Shown piece after piece: positions 27,207 to 36,625 of a stretch of 64,000 nt of DNA. The translations under genes and the position numbers were made by a program. The number at the start of each line of letters is the position of its first letter. Within the stretch, counting starts at the first letter, position 1. The notes under the pieces were generated by a model. The model was not told where the DNA came from, did not search any database, and was given only the letters and a program-made list of their open reading frames with translations. This DNA comes from Kiloniellales bacterium (GTDB lineage: Bacteria; Pseudomonadota; Alphaproteobacteria; Kiloniellales; JAKSDN01): assembly GCA_030064845.1 (NCBI GenBank), contig JASJEC010000005.1, positions 61,451 through 125,450 of the forward strand, read 5' to 3'.

Positions 27207-28454
27207 GTGACCGACCGCGTCGATAGTCCATCGAGTGCCCTGGATACCATCCGAAAGCTGCTGTCCGGCGAAGCCGCGGGCGGCGTCCTGCTGATCGGCG
27301 CGACGCTAGCCGCCTTGGTCTTCTCGAACACCTCTCTCAACGGGCTCTACAGCGCTCTGCTGGACACCATGATTTCGGTGAACGTATCGGAATTCGGCAT
27401 CGAGAAGCCCCTTCTGCTCTGGATCAACGATGGGTTGATGGCGGTTTTCTTCCTGCTCGTCGGCCTCGAGTTGAAGCGAGAGGTTCTGGAGGGTGAACTC
27501 TCCGACCCGCAGCGCGCCACCTTGCCCCTCGTCGCCGCGCTCGGCGGCATCGCCATACCCGCCTTGATCTATGCCGGCCTGAACTACGAGGACCCGGCGG
27601 CTCTGCAGGGATGGGCGATCCCGGCGGCAACGGACATCGCCTTCGCGCTGGGCATCCTTGCGCTGCTCGGCAGCCGGGTGCCCGTGGCGCTCAAGGTTTT
27701 CCTCCTCGCCGTCGCGATCATCGACGATCTGGCGGCGATCATTATCATCGCGCTGTTCTACACGGATAATCTCTCGACCACCTCGCTCGCCATATCGGCG
27801 CTCGGCATCGTGGCCCTGGTGGCCTTGAACCGCAGCGGCGTACTTCGCTTGGCGCCCTACATCCTCGTCGGCGCCTTCGTCTGGGTCTTCCTCCTGAAAT
27901 CGGGCGTGCACGCGACCTTGGCCGGCGTGGTGACCGCGCTCTTCGTTCCGCATGCCCGACCCTCGGGAAGCAAGGAAACGGTCCTCCTTGCCGCGGAACA
28001 CGGGCTGAAGCCCTGGGTGATGCTTGGGATCATGCCGCTGTTCGCCTTCGCCAACGCCGGTGTCAATCTCGTTTCGCTCCCGCCGTCCAGCCTGTTCGGA
28101 CCGGTCTCCCTCGGCATCGCCCTCGGCCTGTTCATCGGCAAGCAGGTGGGCATCCTGGGCTTTGTCTGGATCGCCGTCCGTAGCGGGCTGGCCAACCTGC
28201 CGCGGGGCGTTAGCTGGCAGCAGCTGCACGGCGCCGCCCTGCTGGCCGGCATCGGGTTCACCATGAGCCTCTTCATCGGGACGCTCGCCTTCGAAGACCC
28301 GGAGTATGCGGCAGCGGTGCGTGTCGGCGTGCTGTCCGGCTCCATCCTGTCCGGTCTTGCCGGCTTCTTGATCCTGCGCCGCTCCCTGGCCGGCGCCGGA
28401 GAGAGGAATGCCGGCAGGGCGCGCGCCGAAGTGGCGGACGCGACGGCGACCTGA
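27207..28454 (+). CDS. nhaA: Na+/H+ antiporter NhaA
   Basis: PAATDIAFALGILALLG and AIIDDLAAIIIIALFYT (DD motif). GTG 27207 with GGGAG SD preferred over the track TTG 27177. Confidence 0.9.
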   Translation: MTDRVDSPSSALDTIRKLLSGEAAGGVLLIGATLAALVFSNTSLNGLYSALLDTMISVNVSEFGIEKPLLLWINDGLMAVFFLLVGLELKREVLEGELSDPQRATLPLVAALGGIAIPALIYAGLNYEDPAALQGWAIPAATDIAFALGILALLGSRVPVALKVFLLAVAIIDDLAAIIIIALFYTDNLSTTSLAISALGIVALVALNRSGVLRLAPYILVGAFVWVFLLKSGVHATLAGVVTALFVPHARPSGSKETVLLAAEHGLKPWVMLGIMPLFAFANAGVNLVSLPPSSLFGPVSLGIALGLFIGKQVGILGFVWIAVRSGLANLPRGVSWQQLHGAALLAGIGFTMSLFIGTLAFEDPEYAAAVRVGVLSGSILSGLAGFLILRRSLAGAGERNAGRARAEVADATAT

Positions 28455-28634
28455 GGAACCGTTTCGCGCTTCCTCAGGGCGTTAGAGGACGCTGACCGGG
28501 TTCGACGGAGAGCTCTTGCGACCCCTTCGAACCCGGGCCCGCCCGGGGCGCCGCGGCGCTATCGAAGAGACTTGCCGACAGAGCCCGGCGCGCCGCCGTC
28601 CCACGGCTTACCCTCAAGGCAGGCCGTCCGACGC

Positions 28635-29525
28635 TCACCCTGAGCGCAGCGCCTTCGGCGTCTCCCCGGTCGCCTCCTTGATCCGGCGGTTCATGTGGGA
28701 CTGGCTGGAGAAGCCGCTGCGGTAGGCGATTTCGGCCAGGGTTAGGTCGCTGCGACGGATCAGCTCGATCGCCCGCTCGGTGCGCCGCCGCATAAGGTAT
28801 TGCGCCGGCGCCTCGCCCACCTCGGCCTTGAAGATCCGCGCGAAGTGAAAGGGGCTCATGTCGAGCAGGGCGGAGAGGTCGCTCAGCCGGATCGTCTCCG
28901 AGAGCCGCTCGTCGATCGTCTTCAGCACGGGCCGAAGGTCGTCGCGGCTGACCCGATCGTGGAGCTCCCGGAGGCGGGCGGAGATGTCGCGCACCGTGCG
29001 CAGGACACCGACGCCGATCAGATAGGCCCGGCTGTCCATCTCCATCGGCCCCGGCGGGTCGCCGCGGTCGCTGGCCCGCTTGACGTAGGTCTCTACGTCG
29101 CGGGCCCAGTCTCGGTCGCGCAGGCCAAAAAAATCGGCCGGCTCGGCCACCGCGCTCAGGCCGGCCTCGTCGGCGATCTCGCACAGCAGGCTCTGGCGGA
29201 AGTAGAGCTCGGCGTACTCGACGGCGCCGTTCGACCCGTAGACGCCCCGGCTCATGGGGCGCTCCAGCGAGAGGTCGCCGCGCTGGGCGATGCCCCCGTC
29301 GCCGGGCGCATCCAGCCGCCGCACCGGCGGCCCGCCCAGATAGTAGGTCAGCACGTAGTGGTCGACAGCCGGCGGGGGCCGGTCCTCGGCGAGGATCCGG
29401 CGATAGCGGGCGACCGGCATGTTCCAGCGCCCGTCGAAGCCGCAGAGGTCGGGGCGCTTGGCTCCGCTCTGGTGCCGGAACCGCGCCGTGAGCTGCGGTT
29501 CCTGTTCGAAGGCGTGCGCTCCCAT
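28635..29525 (-). CDS. AraC-family transcriptional regulator
   Basis: C-terminal double HTH LSALLDMSPFHFARIFKAEVGEAPAQYLMRRRTERAIELIRRSDLTLAEIAYRSGFSSQSHMNRRIKEATG; ATG at 29525. Confidence 0.85.
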   Translation of the reverse strand: MGAHAFEQEPQLTARFRHQSGAKRPDLCGFDGRWNMPVARYRRILAEDRPPPAVDHYVLTYYLGGPPVRRLDAPGDGGIAQRGDLSLERPMSRGVYGSNGAVEYAELYFRQSLLCEIADEAGLSAVAEPADFFGLRDRDWARDVETYVKRASDRGDPPGPMEMDSRAYLIGVGVLRTVRDISARLRELHDRVSRDDLRPVLKTIDERLSETIRLSDLSALLDMSPFHFARIFKAEVGEAPAQYLMRRRTERAIELIRRSDLTLAEIAYRSGFSSQSHMNRRIKEATGETPKALRSG

Positions 29526-29653
29526 GACCTTCCTCGCAAGCGGGCGGCAGCAAGCCGGGACAAAACCGGCCGCAAGCCGGTGCAAGATCGCCCGGCCGGG
29601 CCGACCCACATCCCGGTCGTCCGAGTAACGGCCGCCCCCCACCACGGTCAAGC

Positions 29654-30361
29654 ATGGAGGAGAACCGCCCAATGACCAAGCCCGAGCTTCTTTCCCCGAC
29701 CAACTGCCAGCTGATCTTCATCGACCAGCAGCCGCAGATGGCTTTCGGCGTGCAGTCAATAGACCGCCAGACCCTGAAGAACAACGTGGTCGCCCTGGCC
29801 AAGTCCGCCAAGATCTTCGAAATCCCGACCATCATCACCACGGTCGAGACCGACAGCTTCTCCGGCCACACCTTCCCCGAGCTGCTCGAGGTCTTCCCGG
29901 ATCATCCGCTGCTCGAGCGCACCTCCATGAACTCCTGGGATGACCAGAAGGTGCGGGACGCCCTGGCCGAGAACGGCCAGAAGAAGGTCGTGGTCTCCGG
30001 CCTTTGGACCGAGGTCTGCAACAACTCCTTCGCCTTCTCCGCCATGGCCGAGGGCGGCTACGAGATCTACATGGTCGCCGACGCCTCGGGCGGCACCACC
30101 CAGGAAGCCCACGACTACGCCATGCAGCGCATGATTCAGGCCGGCGTGGTGCCGGTGACCTGGCAGCAGGTCCTGCTCGAGTGGCAGCGCGACTGGGCCA
30201 AGCGCGACACCTACGACGCCGTGATGGATCTGGTGCGGGAGCACTCCGGTGCCTACGGCATGGGCGTCGACTACGCCTACACCATGGTCCACAAGGCGCC
30301 GGAGCGTGCCAGGCACGGCGACCGCATCGATCCCGTGGCCGCGCCGATCGCCGCCGAGTAG
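29654..30361 (+). CDS. Isochorismatase-family cysteine hydrolase
   Basis: QLIFIDQQ..., KKVVVSGLWTEVCNNSFAFSA (catalytic Cys). Divergent from AraC. ATG 29672 has the better SD. Confidence 0.75.
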   Translation: MEENRPMTKPELLSPTNCQLIFIDQQPQMAFGVQSIDRQTLKNNVVALAKSAKIFEIPTIITTVETDSFSGHTFPELLEVFPDHPLLERTSMNSWDDQKVRDALAENGQKKVVVSGLWTEVCNNSFAFSAMAEGGYEIYMVADASGGTTQEAHDYAMQRMIQAGVVPVTWQQVLLEWQRDWAKRDTYDAVMDLVREHSGAYGMGVDYAYTMVHKAPERARHGDRIDPVAAPIAAE

Positions 30362-30427
30362 TTGCCTTAACGCGCCCGGCCGCCCCCTGCGGGACGCGCC
30401 GGGCGCTTCTCACCTGGAGATCGAGGG

Positions 30428-32380
30428 ATGACCTTTCCCCGACGCCGCGTCGTCCAGGGGCTCGCCGCCACTTCCGGCCTCGCGGCCCTGTCGCCCAAGC
30501 TAGTATGGAGCCAGCTCTTGTCCGAAGCCCCCGACCTGATCCTCAAGCGAGGACGCATAACGACCCTCGACCCGCGCTATCCGGAGGTCCAGGCTCTCGC
30601 GATCAAGGACGGCCTGATCACGGCGACCGGCAGCGACGGGGAGGTCATGAGCCTCGCCGGCGGTGCGACCGCGGTGATCGACTTAGCCGGCCGGCGGGTG
30701 ATCCCAGGCCTCAACGACAGCCACACCCACCTGATCCGCGGCGGGCTGAACTACAACATGGAGCTGCGCTGGGAGAACGTGCCTTCGGTCGCCGACGCGC
30801 TCCGGATGCTGAAGGACCAGGCCGCGCGCACCCCGGCGCCCCAGTGGGTCAGGGTGGTCGGCGGCTGGTCGGAGTTCCAGTTCGCCGAGCGCCGCATGCC
30901 GACCCTGGACGAGATCAACGCGGTATCGCCCGATACGCCGGTCTTCATCCTGCACCTCTACGGCCGGGCGCTGCTCAACCAGGCGGCGCTCCAGGCGCTC
31001 GGCTTCGACCAGAACACGCCGAACCCGCCGGGCGGCGAGATCCAGCGTGATGCCCAGGGACGCCCGACCGGCCTGCTGATTGCCAAGCCCTCCGCCCTGA
31101 TCCTCTATTCGACCCTGGCGCGCGGCCCCACCCTGCCGCTGGACGACCAGATCAACTCGACCCGGCACTACATGCGGGAGATGAACCGCCTGGGCATCAC
31201 CTCGGTGATCGACGCCGGCGGCGGCGGCCAGAACTTCCCGGAGGACTACGACGTCATCCAGCGGCTGCACGACGACGGCCAGCTGACCGTGCGGGTCGCC
31301 TACAATCTCTTCGCCCAGAAGGCCGGCAGCGAGCTCTCCGACTACGAGCGCTGGGTCGCCATGACCGAGCCGGGCGCGGGATCGGCCATGCTGCGCATGA
31401 ACGGCGCCGGCGAGAACCTGACCTGGTCGGCGGCCGACTTCGAGAATTTCCTGGAGCCGCGCCCGGATCTGGCGCCAACCATGGAGAGCGAGCTGGAGCC
31501 GATCGTCGAGCTGCTGGCGACCAACAAGTGGCCGTTCCGGATCCACGCCACCTACGACGAGTCGATCGACCGCTTCCTCTCGGTGTTCGAGCGGGTCAAC
31601 GGCCGCCAGCCCTTCGAGACCCGCTTCATCATCGACCACGCCGAGACAATCAGCCCGCGCAACATCGAGCGCATCAAGGCGCTGGGCGGCGGCATCGCGA
31701 TCCAGCACCGCATGGCCTTCCAGGGCGAGTACTTCGTCGAGCGCTATGGGGCCGAGGCGGCCCAGCTGACGCCGCCGGTCCGCCGCATGCTCGAGTTCGG
31801 CGTGCCGGTCGGCGCCGGCACCGACGCGACTCGCGTGGCGAGCTACGACCCCTGGGTCGGGCTTTACTGGATGACCACCGGCAAGACCCTGGGCGGCATG
31901 CCGCTCTACGGCGAGTCCAACGTGCTGACGCGCGAGGAGGCGCTCGGCCTCTGGACCGAGGGATCGGCCTGGTTCTCGGGCGAGGCCGACGTCAAGGGCA
32001 CCCTGGCGCCCGGCCGCTACGCCGACCTCGCGGTGCTCTCGGCCGACTATATGGCCGTGCCGCCGGAGGAGATCCGCCGGATCAACAGCGTCATGACCCT
32101 GGTCGGCGGCAAGGTCGTCTACGGCGAGGACGAGTTTGCCGACCTGGCGCCGCCGCTGCCGCCCGCCTCGCCGTCCTGGTCGCCGGTCAACACCGAGGCC
32201 AGCCCGGGCCAGCGCGCGGAGGCCCAGGCGCCCCAGTACGCAAGGGCCTGCCACGAGGGCTGCGGCAATCACTGCGGCGTCCACGGCCACGACCACGGCA
32301 TCGCCTGGGCGACGCCCCTGCCGGTTTCGGACGCCAAGAGCTTCTGGGGCGCGCTGGGCTGCTCCTGCTTCGCGGTGTAG
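30428..32380 (+). CDS. Tat-exported amidohydrolase (Amidohydro_3-like) with Cys/His-rich C-terminal tail
   Basis: Signal MTFPRRRVVQGLAATSGLAAL. Metal motif GLNDSHTHLIRGG. Tail ARACHEGCGNHCGVHGHDHG...GALGCSCFAV. Confidence 0.75.
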   Translation: MTFPRRRVVQGLAATSGLAALSPKLVWSQLLSEAPDLILKRGRITTLDPRYPEVQALAIKDGLITATGSDGEVMSLAGGATAVIDLAGRRVIPGLNDSHTHLIRGGLNYNMELRWENVPSVADALRMLKDQAARTPAPQWVRVVGGWSEFQFAERRMPTLDEINAVSPDTPVFILHLYGRALLNQAALQALGFDQNTPNPPGGEIQRDAQGRPTGLLIAKPSALILYSTLARGPTLPLDDQINSTRHYMREMNRLGITSVIDAGGGGQNFPEDYDVIQRLHDDGQLTVRVAYNLFAQKAGSELSDYERWVAMTEPGAGSAMLRMNGAGENLTWSAADFENFLEPRPDLAPTMESELEPIVELLATNKWPFRIHATYDESIDRFLSVFERVNGRQPFETRFIIDHAETISPRNIERIKALGGGIAIQHRMAFQGEYFVERYGAEAAQLTPPVRRMLEFGVPVGAGTDATRVASYDPWVGLYWMTTGKTLGGMPLYGESNVLTREEALGLWTEGSAWFSGEADVKGTLAPGRYADLAVLSADYMAVPPEEIRRINSVMTLVGGKVVYGEDEFADLAPPLPPASPSWSPVNTEASPGQRAEAQAPQYARACHEGCGNHCGVHGHDHGIAWATPLPVSDAKSFWGALGCSCFAV

Positions 32381-32384
32381 AGCC

Positions 32385-33230
32385 ATGATGACCTCGCGCG
32401 GCCGCGCCCTCAGCGCGGCCATCGCCATACTCTGCTGGCTCGCCGCGCCCGCCATGGCCGAGCCCCTCACCTTCGATGGCAGGGTCGAGGCCTACAAGAG
32501 GGCCGAGCTGTCGAGCCGGCTGAACGGGGTCGTCGCCGAGATCCTCTTCTCGGGCGGCGAGCGCGTCACCGCCGGGACGCCGATGATCCGGCTCGACGCC
32601 GAGGATCTCGAGCTCGCGGTCGCGGCGGCCGAGGCCGAGGTGTCCCGCGCCGAGGCGGCCCACTTCCTGGCGCGGCGCGAGGCGGAGCGGGTGCGGGCGC
32701 TCGAGACCCGAGGCGTCGCCACCGAGGCGCGCGCCGACCAGACCGAGGCGGGCCTGAAGCAGACGGCGGCGGAGCTCGAGGCGGCGCGCGTCGCGTTGAA
32801 ACGCACCCAACTCGACCTGCGCCACGCGACGATCAGGGCGCCGGTCGACGGCTTCGCCGGCCGCCCCCTGACGGCGCTCGGCGCCTTCGTCGAGGCCGAG
32901 GCCGGCCCGCCTCTGGGCGAGATCATCCAGATCGACCCGGCGCTGATCGCCTACCGGGTGCCCTACGCGGTCCGCCTGGAGACCCTGGAGAGAACCGGCG
33001 CCGAGACGATCGAGGCGCTGTTCCAGAACATAAAGCTGACGGTCCTGCTGCCCGGCGGACGGGTTTACCCCCACGACGCCAAGCCGGACTTCGCCTCGGC
33101 CAGCATCGACGAAAGGGACGGCAGCCTGACCGTCTGGACCAGCGTTCCCAACCCGAACGCCATCCTGCGCCCGGGCATGGCGGTCACGGTGCTCTCCGAT
33201 ATCGCGGCGCCCAAGGACGCCTCGCAATGA
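32385..33230 (+). CDS. Efflux periplasmic adaptor (HlyD/MFP family)
   Basis: Signal peptide, biotinyl-lipoyl-like SRLNGVVAEILFSGGERVTAGTPMIRLD, coiled-coil and IRAPVDGF motif; ATG 32385. Confidence 0.75.
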   Translation: MMTSRGRALSAAIAILCWLAAPAMAEPLTFDGRVEAYKRAELSSRLNGVVAEILFSGGERVTAGTPMIRLDAEDLELAVAAAEAEVSRAEAAHFLARREAERVRALETRGVATEARADQTEAGLKQTAAELEAARVALKRTQLDLRHATIRAPVDGFAGRPLTALGAFVEAEAGPPLGEIIQIDPALIAYRVPYAVRLETLERTGAETIEALFQNIKLTVLLPGGRVYPHDAKPDFASASIDERDGSLTVWTSVPNPNAILRPGMAVTVLSDIAAPKDASQ

Positions 33231-34819
33231 GCGCGCCGGGGGCGGCGGCGGCCGAATCGCCCTCGGCGATGGCGCCCTTCCGGCACCGCGCCTTCGCCCT
33301 GCTGTGGGTCGCCACGGTCGCATCGAACGTCGGGACCTGGATGCACGATGTCGGCGCCGGCTGGCTGATGACCGAGCTGTCGCCCTCGCCGCTGATCGTG
33401 GCCGCCGTGCAGGCGGCGACCACCCTGCCGATCTTCCTCTTCGCGCTGCTCGCCGGGGCGGTCGCGGACATCGTCGACCGGCGCCGCCTGCTGATCTGGG
33501 TGAACGCCGGGATGGCGGCGGCGGCGGCCCTGCTGACTGCCCTGGTGGCGCTCGAGCTGGTCACGCCGCTCCTGCTGCTCGCCTTCACCTTCCTGCTCGG
33601 CACCGGCGCGGCCTTCATGGCGCCGGCCTGGCAGGCCATAGTGCCCAGCCTGGTGCCGCGCGGCGAGCTGACGGCGGCGATCTCGCTGAACTCCATGGGC
33701 ATCAACGTCAGCCGGGCGATCGGGCCGGCGCTGGCCGGCTTCCTGATCGTCGGGGCGGGCCTGGCCGCGCCCTTCCTGGTCAACGCGCTCTCCTTCCTCG
33801 GCATCATCGCGGCGCTCTGGTGGTGGCGGCCCGCACCGAACACGACAAGCGGATTGCCCGCCGAGCAGGTTTTCGCGGCGATCCGCGGCGGCCTGCGCTA
33901 TGCGCTGAACAGCCCGCCGCTCAAGGCGACGCTGCTGCGCGCCGCGGCCTTCTTCGTCTTTGCGAGCGCCTTCTGGGCCATGCTGCCGCTGATCGCCCGG
34001 ACGGTCCTGGCCGGCGGCCCGACCCTCTACGGCACGCTGCTGGCGGCAGTCGGCGCGGGCGCGGTCGGCGGCGCCTTCCTGCTGCCTGCGGTCAAGGGGC
34101 GCCTGGGGCCGGACCGGACGGTGTCGGCGGGGACGCTCGGCACCGCCGGCGTCCTGATCATCCTCGCGGTCCTGCCGGACCCGGTCGTCGCGGTCTTCGC
34201 CGCCGCGCTGGCGGGGCTCTCCTGGATCGCCGTCCTGTCGAGCCTGAACGTCTCGGCGCAGACGGCGCTGCCCGACTGGGTCCGAGCCCGCGGCCTCTCG
34301 ATTTTCCTCACCGTCTTCTTCGGCAGCATGTCCGCGGGCAGCCTGCTCTGGGGCCAGGTGGCCGCGATCTGGGGAATCCCGGTGGCGCTGCTCGCCGCCG
34401 CCGCCGGCGCCGTGGCGCTGATTCCGCTCACCTGGCGGGCCCGCCTCGGGCAGGGGGAGAAGCTCGACCATGCGCCCTCGATGCACTGGCCCGAACCTGT
34501 GCTGGCGGGGGAGGGGCCGGCCGACGGCCCGGTCATGATCCAGATCGAGTACCGCGTCGGAGAAGTGCACGAGGCGGCCTTCCGCGATCTCATGTCGGAG
34601 CTGGCCCGAAGCCGGCGGCGGGGCGGCGGCTTCCGCTGGAGCCTGATGCAGGACGCCGCCGAGCCCGAGCGCTTCGTGGAGACCTGGTGGGAGCCCTCTT
34701 GGCTCGATCACAAGCGGCACCACACACGGGTGACGGAAGAGGACCGGGCGCTCCAGGAGCGCATTGGTGAACTGCTGAAGCCGGACCACAAGCCGATCGT
34801 CGGCCACTTCGTGACCTGA
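33227..34819 (+). CDS. MFS transporter (MFS_3/EntS-like) with C-terminal ~100-aa soluble extension
   Basis: 12-TM pattern FRHRAFALLWVATVASNVGTWM.... ATGA overlap with the MFP gene. C-terminal VMIQIEYRV...FVETWWEPSWLDHKRHHTRVTEED looks like an ABM/dimeric alpha-beta barrel. Confidence 0.75.
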   Translation: MSAPGAAAAESPSAMAPFRHRAFALLWVATVASNVGTWMHDVGAGWLMTELSPSPLIVAAVQAATTLPIFLFALLAGAVADIVDRRRLLIWVNAGMAAAAALLTALVALELVTPLLLLAFTFLLGTGAAFMAPAWQAIVPSLVPRGELTAAISLNSMGINVSRAIGPALAGFLIVGAGLAAPFLVNALSFLGIIAALWWWRPAPNTTSGLPAEQVFAAIRGGLRYALNSPPLKATLLRAAAFFVFASAFWAMLPLIARTVLAGGPTLYGTLLAAVGAGAVGGAFLLPAVKGRLGPDRTVSAGTLGTAGVLIILAVLPDPVVAVFAAALAGLSWIAVLSSLNVSAQTALPDWVRARGLSIFLTVFFGSMSAGSLLWGQVAAIWGIPVALLAAAAGAVALIPLTWRARLGQGEKLDHAPSMHWPEPVLAGEGPADGPVMIQIEYRVGEVHEAAFRDLMSELARSRRRGGGFRWSLMQDAAEPERFVETWWEPSWLDHKRHHTRVTEEDRALQERIGELLKPDHKPIVGHFVT

Positions 34820-34827
34820 CCTGACTG

Positions 34828-34960
34828 TGTGCTGAAAAAGTGCTCAGCCGGCACCATCACCCTTCGACAAGCTCAGGGTGAGGGGTGAATTTTTTCAAGC
34901 ACTGACCCTCATCCGCGCGCAGCGCCGGGCTTCGCCCCTTGTCGAAGGATGACCGTGATC
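34828..34960. repeat. Palindromic intergenic repeat, family C, copy 2 of 2 (boundaries approximate)
   Basis: Shares both arms with 447-578. The right arm carries a ~24-nt insertion. Lies between convergent MFS and GT2 genes. Confidence 0.7.
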
Positions 34961-35018
34961 AAAGGCCCCAGGCCTTCCAAAAAGCCTGCCGGACCGGTCG
35001 ACGGAAGAGAAAAGCGGG

Positions 35019-35762
35019 TCAGGCGGTGCGCCAGTAGCCCGAGAGCAGCCGCTCCTTGCGGCCCTCGGCGTCGCCCTCGCTTAGGACCGCCTTGCCGATG
35101 CCCGAGATGTTGCTCTGGTGCATGCGGTAGTTGAACAGCGGCTCGGGGACGTAGTGGCCGATCCAGCCGCGGTCGGCGATCTTTGTCCACTTGTGGTGCT
35201 TGGTGTGGACCCTGATCGACTCGTCGAAGGGCGCGGCCTGGTGCAGCGCGCGGCTCAGGGTCAGGGCGCACTCGGGTATGTAGCTGTGGGTCTTGAGCAG
35301 CGCGCGCGACCAGTCCGCCGACTTGCCCCGCCCGATCACCGCGCCGGCCTCGTCCACCAGGTGGGAGTCGGAATAGGCGAAGCCGACCGCGGGGTTCTCG
35401 CGCCGCGCGGCCAGGAGGCGTTCCTTCAGGCGCGCGATCGCATCGACCGGCAGGAAATCGTCGGCGTCCAGGATCATCGCGAGCGGCGTGACCAGGCGTT
35501 CCACCGCCAGGTTCAGGCTGGCCAGCTTGCCGAGGTTCTGTTCGTTGCGCAGGAAGTCGCGCTGGGCGAAGCGCCGGCCGCAGGTCGAGAGGAAGTCCAC
35601 CACGACGGTGCGCGAGTCGTCGGTGCTGCCGTCGTCGACAATGATCAGGCCGTGCGGCGGCTCGCTCTGCTTGGCCAGGCTCTCGAGGCCCTGGCCCAGA
35701 AAGCGGCCGTAGTTGTAGTTGCAGATGATGACCGAAACCGCGTTGTCCGGATCGCCGGGCAT
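35019..35762 (-). CDS. Family 2 glycosyltransferase
   Basis: VSVIICNYNYGRFL, IIVDDGSTDDS and ILDADD motifs. Confidence 0.8.
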   Translation of the reverse strand: MPGDPDNAVSVIICNYNYGRFLGQGLESLAKQSEPPHGLIIVDDGSTDDSRTVVVDFLSTCGRRFAQRDFLRNEQNLGKLASLNLAVERLVTPLAMILDADDFLPVDAIARLKERLLAARRENPAVGFAYSDSHLVDEAGAVIGRGKSADWSRALLKTHSYIPECALTLSRALHQAAPFDESIRVHTKHHKWTKIADRGWIGHYVPEPLFNYRMHQSNISGIGKAVLSEGDAEGRKERLLSGYWRTA

Positions 35763-35839
35763 CTGAGGACTTTCCCTGAGCCGTCGCAGGCAGGCGGAGG
35801 CTAGTCGGGAATGCTTTATGCCTTGTTAAGAAATGGACC

Positions 35840-36529
35840 TCAGGGCCTGCAGGCGCCCTTGGAGCCCTGGCCGCAGGTCATGCCGTCGGTCCACACCGTG
35901 CCCCAGAGGTCGGCGCCGGCGAGGTCCGCGCCGGTCAGGTCGGCGCCCATCAGCACCGCCCCGGTCAGGTCGGCCTCGCGCAGGTCCGCGCCGCGCAGGT
36001 CGCTGCGCACCAGCTTGGCGGCGATCAGCCGGGCCCGGCTGAGATCGACCTGGCGGAGATCGGCCCCGTTCAGGACCGTTTCGACCAGGTTCGCGCCGTC
36101 GAGGCGGGCGCCTGACAGGGTCGCGCCGCTTAGGTCGGCGCGGTTCAGATAGGCGCCGCGGCTCAGGTCCGCCCCGGTCAGATTGGCCAGGCGCAGGCTG
36201 ACCCGGCTGAGGTCGGCGCCCTGCAGGTCGCAGCGGGTCAGGTCGGCGCCGTGGAAGTTCACCTTGCGCAGCACGGCGCGGGCCAGGGTCGCGTCGGCCA
36301 GGCGCCCTCCGCTCAGGTCGGTCTCCAGCAGGTAGGCGCCGGTCAGGTCGGCACCGGCGAGGTTGGCGCCCCTGAGGTCGCTGCGCGCAAGGTTCACGCC
36401 GGCCTTGTCGCATCCGCTCCAGTCGACCCCCGGTCCCGGCGGGTCGCTGCAGCCGGCGGTCGCCGGCGGCGGGAGCGCCGCGGCGGTCAGGGCCGCGGTC
36501 AGGAAGAGCGCGAGGTGTCTCGGTTTCAT
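35840..36529 (-). CDS. Secreted pentapeptide-repeat protein
   Basis: Signal peptide MKPRHLALFLTAALTAAALPPPATAGC (possible weak lipobox), then about 35 A(D/N)LxG-type pentapeptide repeats, and a Cys-containing C-terminus. Confidence 0.8.
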   Translation of the reverse strand: MKPRHLALFLTAALTAAALPPPATAGCSDPPGPGVDWSGCDKAGVNLARSDLRGANLAGADLTGAYLLETDLSGGRLADATLARAVLRKVNFHGADLTRCDLQGADLSRVSLRLANLTGADLSRGAYLNRADLSGATLSGARLDGANLVETVLNGADLRQVDLSRARLIAAKLVRSDLRGADLREADLTGAVLMGADLTGADLAGADLWGTVWTDGMTCGQGSKGACRP

Positions 36530-36625
36530 GGCTGCCTCCCTTGGGCGGGGGCCGGGGCGCCACTGCGTCCCGACATGGCCGCCGGGATCCTTTAATTTTC
36601 AGATTGTACCCTATTTATAACTGTT

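Noticed and set aside
28496-28536. ccgggttcga ... tcgaacccgg, reminiscent of a tRNA T-arm (TTCGAA)
   Set aside because: There is no complementary 5-bp T-stem around either TTCGAA and no acceptor or anticodon arms. It is simply a 10-bp inverted repeat between convergent nhaA and araC genes, possibly a terminator.
30683-32470. Long antisense or out-of-phase ORFs (also 614-2491, 993-2429, 3048-4118, 5053-6726, 6730-7752, 7172-8584, 8962-10437, 9597-10712, 11626-12630, 15981-16988, 16754-17656, 21954-23057, 22994-24403, 28474-29871, 33065-34807, 33304-34770, 37194-38753, 42292-43485, 42315-43631, 43958-44872, 48649-50250, 53507-54817, 54724-55842, 56866-58002, 59008-59841, 59893-60912, 61427-62476)
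   Set aside because: Each overlaps a motif-bearing gene on the other strand or in another frame and is dominated by R/G/P/A runs. None contains a recognisable domain.
35840-36529. Highly periodic DNA that could be mistaken for a repeat array or CRISPR
   Set aside because: The periodicity is 15 nt and in frame, encoding A(D/N)LxG pentapeptide repeats within one continuous ORF that has a signal peptide. There are no spacers and no cas genes.
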